From Calditrichia bacterium (GTDB taxonomy: Bacteria; Calditrichota; Calditrichia; JAJRVZ01), in NCBI GenBank assembly GCA_963796965.1, contig CAWCNS010000005.1, positions 992,001 through 1,056,000 of the forward strand: DNA of 64,000 bases, in the 5' to 3' direction. Shown here piece by piece: positions 56,473-64,000 of this stretch. Position 1 is the stretch's first letter. Every line of letters begins with the position of its first letter. The notes under the pieces are model-generated. The model searched no databases. It saw only the letters and a list, made by a program, of their open reading frames with translations, and had not been told where the DNA came from. The translations under genes were made by a program, and so were the position numbers.

Positions 56473-57409
56473 TCACATCCCCCCCCACCGGTATTGCCAG
56501 GCAACGACAAAGGTGTCGAAATCAGCGCCGGCGCGGGTGGTCACCCCGGAGGTATACACCGCTTTTAAGGCATGCGCAGCGGTGATCGGAATAGCTGAAT
56601 GTAGCACCCATCCGGTTGTTGGTCTGGGCATTATCGCTGGCAACACCGTTGAATTTGGTCTCTCCGCCATAACTCTGGCCGAAGGACACGGCCCCCCAGA
56701 AACCACGCCGAAACTGGTAAATAGCATGTATTTGCAGTGTAACCATGGGATCCTGTTCCAATGTGTTTCCGCCATAGAAATCATTGTTGGTAGAAAAAAA
56801 CCAGGCCGTGGCATAACCCTCAAATACAAAACGCCCAATCGTACGGGAAATGCCCAAGCGTGGGCTGATCTGCCAGCGGCCTGTACTGAGGTTGAAGAAT
56901 TTGCTCTTGTCATACTGGCCAATTGGTAGCCGAACTTTCAGACTGAATCCCACAATCGTGCTTGTCTTGTATCCGGCAAATTTTGCCAAATCCAATGCCG
57001 GTGAACCAATAAAATTGACACTGAGGGCAATCACGGGATCGCCAAAACCGGTGCGAACCGTACTTGTATCGACGCCATCCAGATTCGCCCGCCACGTACA
57101 AGTGGCCATGGGAAGCACAGCGGTAATCCGCCCGGCAAGCCCAAACACATCGATTGACCGGGCATAGGCAGGGGTTATGGCATGCATGGTTGCCTCAGTG
57201 CCCTCAATCGGCAGCGATTGATCCAGTACAACATTTCCCAGCGAATAAGCATAACTGAGAACGCCAAAGTTCATCCCCACCGGCGCCGGTGAAAGAAAAC
57301 GTGGTTCCAGATCCTGGGCATGCAGGGAATTGACAAACAATATGATAAAAAGCACCAACAGAGCGGTGAACCTTTTTAACGACATAATCGCAACCGAGTG
57401 TCTATTCAT
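56473..57409 (-). CDS. Phenol_MetA_deg-like outer-membrane transporter (C-terminal frameshift)
   Basis: AQDLEPRFLSPAPVGMNF, GFGDP, PIGQYD, tail GADFDTFVVAWQYRW. Confidence 0.75.
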
Positions 57410-57456
57410 AATTTTGGGTTTTTAATTCGAAATGATAAGTAATTATAACTGGGTTA

Positions 57457-57524
57457 AAGATAGCAATTGAGGAGAGATGTAAATAGACCCGAAAGTTGTA
57501 AAGAAAGTTGTATAAAAGTTGTAG
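57457..57524 (-). promoter_or_regulatory. TACAACT triple-box operator plus extended -10 (site 5)
   Basis: AGTTGTA at 57494, 57506 and 57517; GACCC at 57486; minus-strand TGcTATCTT with the hexamer at 57457-57462. Confidence 0.7.
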
Positions 57525-57856
57525 TTTGGTCGTTTAGGGTTCAAAGTTCAGAGTTTCGAGAGAAACGATCATCCTAGAGATTGGAATCGGGATGAAATCA
57601 TCCAGATTTAAAGGTTCGGGAGTGAAGGTTTAAGTTGCGTGGAGTGATGGTTTAATAATTTGTAGTATTGGAGTGTTGGAGTAATGGAGTGATGTATTGG
57701 AGTAATGGAGTAATGGATAGAATGAAAATAACCTATAAGCCCGAACGTTTTCCCAACACTCCACTACTCCACTACTCCAACACCCCCATACTTAGTACTC
57801 CAACTTTAACATAGAGAGTAATAATAGACTTGTAAATAGATTTGCCTGCTATTGAT

Positions 57857-58292
57857 TTACTCATTTCCATATACGGCATTGCTTTCTTTTACAATCAGAT
57901 GGTCAATCCAATCACCTTTATCACGTTTTCGTTCCAAACTTTCTACTAGCTTTAGCAGGCCATTTTCAAGTTTGTAAGCAAGAGAATCCAATTTTTCAAA
58001 TTGTTCTGAAGATAATTGTCGTGCTTTTAAATAACTATGAAGCCCTGATACTGATTCTCCCAGTGAAGCAAGGGCAATATTCAAAAAATTTAAATATTCT
58101 TTAATTGAACGACGGCAATACCCTTCTGCAATATTACGATGTACAGAGTCAGAAGACTGCAATCTGCTGAGAAACTATACGCTTCAATTCATAGGGAAAA
58201 GGTAAGAAAGTTTTACATGTTGCATGATAATATTCGATTGCATCTTGCCATACAATGAGTTTCTGATATCCCCGATTGCGATTTTTCCTCAT
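57857..58292 (-). CDS. Four-helix-bundle protein (23S rRNA IVP / Avd-like family), one frameshift
   Basis: MRKNRNRGYQKLIVWQDA..QQIA / SSDSVHRNIAEGYCRRSIKEYLNFLNIALASLGE; bracketed by 8-mer arrays. Confidence 0.8.
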
Positions 58293-58360
58293 CACCCCAC
58301 TACTCCATCATTCCATTACTCCATTACTCCATTACTCCAATACTCCAACTCTACCCCCTA

Positions 58361-61300
58361 CTACTCAATCAACCCCATCTCCCGTGCTACAGAGATCGCC
58401 TGCATCCGGCTGCTGACATTAAACTTTTGAAAAACATTGTACAGATGTCGTTTGATGGTTTCAGAAGATAAGAACAATTCAGCGGCAATTTCTTTATTAC
58501 GAAAGCCTTTAGCAAGAAGGGTGAGGACTTCCATTTCGCGGGTGGTAAGACGATCGTTTTCCCCGGTTGGTGCTACAGCTGATCTCAGGAGTGGTTCCGC
58601 ATCTGCAGAAACCTGAATCTCGTTCACTGATACGGTTTTTTGCTTCTCAATTGCGTTAATCAATATTTCGATGTAATCCCGGGTGATATCCTTCGCCTCC
58701 AACCGTTTCAGCATATCCGCCATTATCGATCCCAACTCAACAAACGGGCGTATCCATCCACCAGGTCTGGCCAGGTCCACAACTTCTCCCAGTACTTTTA
58801 GCGCCTCATCGCCACGTTCCAGCTTCTCCAATGCAGCCGACTTCAGAACCAGAATTTCTATCGTTTGATAGGTGTTATGTAAGTCATTAACCTGCTTTCC
58901 CAGGGAATCAAGAAGATCCAACGCTCTGGCCCCATCATCCTTTGTCCCGGCAACAATGAATATCCTGGCCTGAGTAATGGCTGGATTTTCCACCCAAAAA
59001 TTCATGCTGGGTACATGGACTTCTACATCAAATGAACGGGCCCATTCAATTGTCTTTTTTAGTTCACCCTGAAGAAGTAAAAGTCGGTATTTGCATGATT
59101 CAGCGACAGCAATGTGAGCAGATTCACCTATATTTTCGGTAAAATCTACAAGGCGCTCCATGATTTTCATCGCCTGATCGGTCTGTCCCAGAAGTTGGAA
59201 GGTCAGACTCAGACCGGCCATGATATCCACAGCAATTTTTGCATTGACGATGTCTTTTTTTTCAACCGCTAGAGAAAAACTTTTTAACGCCTGTTCCAGG
59301 TCAAGAGAATTTAACCTGACATTCGCCATTGCATAGTTAGAAAATGCCTCGACATAAGCAAGGTTCCCCGTTTACCCAGGATCGCCAATCTTCTGGCAGC
59401 GCTATAGGCCGGCTCAAGATTTCCGAGGTGCAGATGCAGGAAGACCAACCCGCTTAATAATCGGGAGTAAAAGATATCGCTGCTCGAATTCTCCGCACGA
59501 ATTTTCTTTTCAAGTGACCTTATTGCCAAATCTCCTTCACCGATCATCTGACGGGCCATAGCCAGAGACAATTCGATTTCCCCTCTTATCATTTGATAGG
59601 ATTCCGGAATTTGCTTTTTTGCCTCTTGAAGTTTTTTCAGCGCACCTTTCCCATCACCATTTAGGTAGATCGATATGTATCCGCGATAAAAATTTACCTC
59701 GCCTTTCAGAGCTGGTTCAACATTTTCTGTTAGTAACTTTGCTTCTATCTGCTCAAGAATTGGAATCATATCCAATAAACGAAATTGTTCAAAAAGTGAA
59801 AATCCCTGAGCTAACATAAGTGCAATTCGCTGCCGCTTTATCTCCTCCGGCAACATATTCAACCAATGTGTAATGACATACCACCTATCCTGGTTCAATT
59901 CAGTATGCCGATTCTGTTCAATTATTTCAGCGGCTTTAACAGAATTATCAGCAGCCAGCGCATGGCGGATTGCATTCTCGATAAATCCCTGCTGATCCAA
60001 CCACTCACTGGCCCGGGAATGCAATTCAGCAATCTCCTTGCTGCTTCGGTGATCTTTTAATCGCCTGAAGAGCAATTCCTGAAATAGATGATGATAACGA
60101 AACCACACATCCTGATCATCTAAAGGCATTATAAACAGGTTTAATTTTACTAACCATTTAATAAAGTCACTACCCGATATGTTCTCTTTCTGATCAGTTT
60201 TAGTGGGAATATTGATCGCGTCGACTAGTTCAGCCCGAAAACGGTTGAGGATTGAGGTGTTCAGTAGATAATCCTGGATATGTACCGGTTGTTTTAACAA
60301 AACTTCTTCGACTAAAAAATCTGACATCAATCGCGAATCGCCCTTTATCGTAGTTAAAAGCCGTTCCACATCATCAATACTGCTCGTCAAGAGGGCAGCC
60401 AGGCGTAATCCGGTAATCCATCCTTCGGTTTTGTCCAGCACCAATTCGGTGATCTGATCATCTAAGGATATACCATAAAGATTTTGGAAGAGTGTATTTA
60501 TTTCCTGCTGATTAAAACAAAGTTTATCGATACGAATTTCGTTGATCCGCCCGTGCGCCCGTAAATTACTTAAACGCAACGGCGGATCCCGCCGGGTGAT
60601 CAATACGAGATTCATGTTCTCAGGCGGAAAGCGTAGCACTTCATCCAGCAAATAATGGATCTGTTCCTGTTCGATCCGGTGGTAATCATCTAAAACCACA
60701 ATAAACTCCTGGTCAATGGCATCCAGCTCATTGATCAGGGTTTGTGATATAACCGATAAAGACGGTAACTCAGCTGACTGTAATATCGACCGGGTTTCTT
60801 TTAACCCAGCCGGAGCAACTTTTTCTACAGCGGCAATAAGGTATGCTAAAAATATTCGCAGATCATTATGCTCCTCGTCCAGGGATAGCCAGGTATGTTG
60901 GTGCGCTGTCTCCTCCAACCACTGGCTCACCGTGATGCTTTTTCCATAACCGGCTCCCGCCGAGACAAGGGTCAATGGTCTGGAATGGTTTTCCTCAAAC
61001 TGGCGGATAATATCCGTTCTGATTACCTGGTCTTCAGAGATGGGCGGACGATGTAATTTCGTACGTAAAATACTGGCATCTGCCTTATCCATCTCCCCGG
61101 CATCAGTACTATCCCGATCCAGGGCAATACTGGTTACGGCGGAACTGAGATACATTTCCCCTTTGGCAACTTTATTCAGGGCCTGCATCAGTTCTTCCGG
61201 GGCGCTGTCTTTTACCAAATAACCAACGGCTCCGGCATCGAGCATTTCCTTCACATAGCGTTTACCGGCGTGAATGGACATGGCAAGTATTTTAATATTT

Positions 61301-61518
61301 TTATGTTCGTCGAGAATTTTCCGGGTTGTTTCAATCCCATCCATTTGCGGCATACTAATATCCATGATGATAATATCCGGAACTTTTTCCTGAACTTTTT
61401 CGATTGCCTCGAGGCCATCATGCGCTTCGCCTACGATGGTAATGTCCGTTTCCTCTTCTAAAAGAGCCCGAATTCCGGCAATAAATAGGGGATGGTCATC
61501 AACGATGAGTACTTTCAT
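58361..61518 (-). CDS. Receiver-domain-fused MalT-like STAND-LuxR regulator 3 (frameshift near 59330)
   Basis: MKVLIVDDH..DIIIMDISMP..GYLVK (NarL-type REC), then ILRTKLHRP, AGAGYGKS, VVLDDYH, WFRYHHLF, and LTTREMEVL..GFRNKEIA. Confidence 0.9.
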
Positions 61519-62367
61519 ATATTTCTCTTTATTTTTAAAATTTCTTTTTCTCCTGAGACGAGCGGACATCTCACATAAAAGAATTGATTGAATTCAATAA
61601 TTTAATTTAATTAAATCCATAATCCACAACATATATTTCTATTATTTCTATAGATGTGTAATTTTTCCCAGGGGCGTTGCCCCTGGCCATTGTATTACGC
61701 CCCTTCAGGGCTAAATCCTCCAGGATTTCAAAGGTTTAGAGTTAAGAGTTCAGTTTATGTACATGTCATCCCGAACCCTGGCCTGTTGTTAGGACAGGCT
61801 TGATTCGGGATCTATCTGGCGCCACGTTGAGTTCCTATATGTCGCTCCTCCGGAGCTTAAACAATTATATTGTGGCCATGTTGCTAAAATATATCGCCTC
61901 TCCGAGGCTTAATACCGCTATAAACTTATGTTGTAAGGGCGGTTCGCGAACCGCCACTACTCTCATTTTTTTAATGAACGGGTCGTATTACGACAATCCA
62001 ATAGCGCCGGAGGCGCGACATATTTATAGCAAACGGTCACACCGAGATTTATTCCAGCTCCAGAGGAGCGGTATATAAACGCTAAATATACATTTATTTA
62101 TCGCCCCTTAGGGCTTATTAAATTTTATGTGTGATCTTCCACCAGGGGCATTGCCCCTGGCTATTGCATTACCCCCTTTGGGCTATCCCCATTCCCATTC
62201 TCCCGTGAAACATCCCCCTAACCCCCTTCAAAGGGGGAATTAAATCGTGCCAAAAACTTCACTCCCAAATTACAATCTGTCTCCATTATTCCAACTCAGA
62301 ATCCTTTACCCTCTTTATCCCCTTCGTGGCTCAATTCCTAATTCAATTCCTAATTACCAATCCCATT

Positions 62368-64000
62368 CTACGTTCTTCTCAAAGGAGCGGTAAACGTAAC
62401 TTCCGTTCCTTTGGATTTAGATGATTTGACGACCATATCCCCACCGAGATCGGTCATGCGTTCGCGAATGCTGAACAGACCCATGGTGTTTTTATTTTTA
62501 GGTATGCCTTTAGGGACGATAGTCAAATCCAACACCATTGTCCTGTACAGTTATATTCAGTAAATCATTTTCGACCTCAATTATTACATCAACCTGACTT
62601 GCCCTGGCATGTTTGATCACATTGGTTAATAATTCACGCACACTGCGGTAAAGCATAATACCTACATTTTCCTCCAGGTCAATTTGCTTCGCTGTTAAAG
62701 CTGAAGCGATGTTTTTATATCGAAGCGGTTTTGTATATTTTCCTCGAGCCATTCAGAAATGGCCGGTACCAACCCGAGTTCCTCCAGCATCGGTGAACTC
62801 AAATCAGCAATAATATGGCGTGTATCATCAACGGCCTGACGTAAATTTCCGGAAACATTTTGAAGTTTTTCAGATAAAGCCGGATCATCTGATTTATTGA
62901 TCATTGCTGCCAGTTGAAAACGGGAAGAAGCCAATAACTGGCCGATCTGGTCATGCAGATCGGTGGCAATACGACGTCGTTCTTTTTCCTCAGCCAGCGT
63001 CAATTGTGCTGCCAATGACTGTAAACGACCCTGGTATTTTTTCAATTCCCGCTCTGCCCGCTTGCGTTCCGTAATATCGCGGACAATGACCAGGTTGGCC
63101 GGTTTACCCTCATAAATAATGACCGCAGCACTAAACTCTACCTCTAACCGCAAACCATCTTTTGATTTTAAGGCAGATTCATAGACCGTTGGAGCAGGTT
63201 TACCAGCCATACGCAATTGATATATCTCTTTCACTTTGTCCATCTCATCAGGGAAGATATAATCTGTGAATGGTGTACCAACGATTTCCGATTGGGTATA
63301 GCCCTGAAATTTTGCCAGATAGGGATTTACAAAAAGGATCTTACCATCCCGTACAATCGTGATACCGTCCTGGGCCTGCTCCACCAGAACGCGATACTTT
63401 TGTTCGGCATATATTCGCTCGGTAATGTCTTCCTCCACCTCCACTACCTTCACCACGTCACCTTGAGTATTTTTCAATGGATATAACCGGGGAAGGATCC
63501 AGCGTTTGTTTCCGCCCTTCCTGGACATCCCGATATCCGAAATGGTACTGGCCGCATCATATTCAACAAGCGGAAGCGTGACAAAATCTCCCTTGAATGC
63601 CCGTCTAATCGCCTTACTGATACCCAGCCTTTTCGCCTCCTCATCTTCGAGGACATTATATTTTTCCAGAAGCTCGGGGAGCATATCCTCTGTAACACCC
63701 CAAAGTTTCATAAACGCCTCATTGACCTGATTGAGATAGCCATCGGTATTGAAAATTTGTATGGCAAAGGGAGACTGTTCCACAAGATATCTAAACTTCT
63801 CCTCACTTTCTATTACCGCTTCCTCTGCTAATTTGCGATCAGTGATGTCTTCGCTCATAAAAACAGCATTGATAATTTTACCGTCTTTATTTTTAACCGC
63901 ATAACCATGGGTTTGTATCCAGACTTTTCTTGAAACCGGATTTTTGAAATCAAGTGTTTTTAATGTATCGACACCATCATATATATAATCAGTGAATATA
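62368..64000 (-). CDS. Multi-PAS sensor histidine kinase, HisKA_3 (NarX/UhpB) type; 5' end lies outside the window; frameshifted
   Basis: PAS/PAC motifs (DITDRK, DITERK), ERRRIATDLHDQIGQ, RELLTNVIKHA, QDNGVGF, GLFSIRER; stop at 62368. Confidence 0.88.

Noticed and set aside
57857..58292. Diversity-generating retroelement suggested by the Avd-like gene
   Set aside because: No reverse transcriptase and no template/variable repeat pair differing at adenines was seen in the window.
3670..62752. Widespread frameshifts as programmed recoding, phase variation or an alternative genetic code
   Set aside because: Breaks occur at unrelated positions in many gene types, involve frame changes rather than in-frame stops, and intact paralogs exist, so sequencing indels are the simpler explanation.
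595..63730. Numerous plus-strand ORFs of 60-190 aa
   Set aside because: They are antisense shadows of well-supported minus-strand genes and lack recognisable motifs; only the transposase is credible on the plus strand.
1..64000. tRNA, rRNA or prophage genes
   Set aside because: No cloverleaf, rRNA-like segment or phage structural or integrase gene was recognised.

Overview
Bacterial, AT-rich window whose signal-peptide, lipoprotein and beta-barrel genes indicate a diderm envelope; taxonomy cannot be assigned from the sequence alone. Every credible gene except one IS6-like element lies on the minus strand. Many genes carry single-base frameshifts, most likely long-read errors. The region is a regulated secretome island with nine DUF1254/DUF1214 exported or lipoprotein paralogs, about ten outer-membrane barrel genes, two Cys-type sulfatases, a HAD lipoprotein, three amidohydrolases, CobW, ThrE and CorA genes and a radical SAM enzyme. 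It also holds three MalT-like STAND-LuxR regulators (one fused to a receiver domain beside a PAS histidine kinase) and three copies of an uncharacterised ~90 aa protein. The main hidden structures are: (1) a helically phased TACAACT triple-repeat promoter motif with a fixed-distance -10 box at five sites, the candidate operator of the MalT-like regulators; (2) whole intergenic spacers and REP/MITE-like hairpins duplicated as direct repeats around single genes, together with gene relics and a signal-peptide module shared by unrelated proteins, suggesting a repeat-driven cassette array; (3) an 8-mer (GGAGTAAT) inverted-array element seen both empty and filled with a cargo gene, plus a four-helix-bundle gene bracketed by the same arrays.
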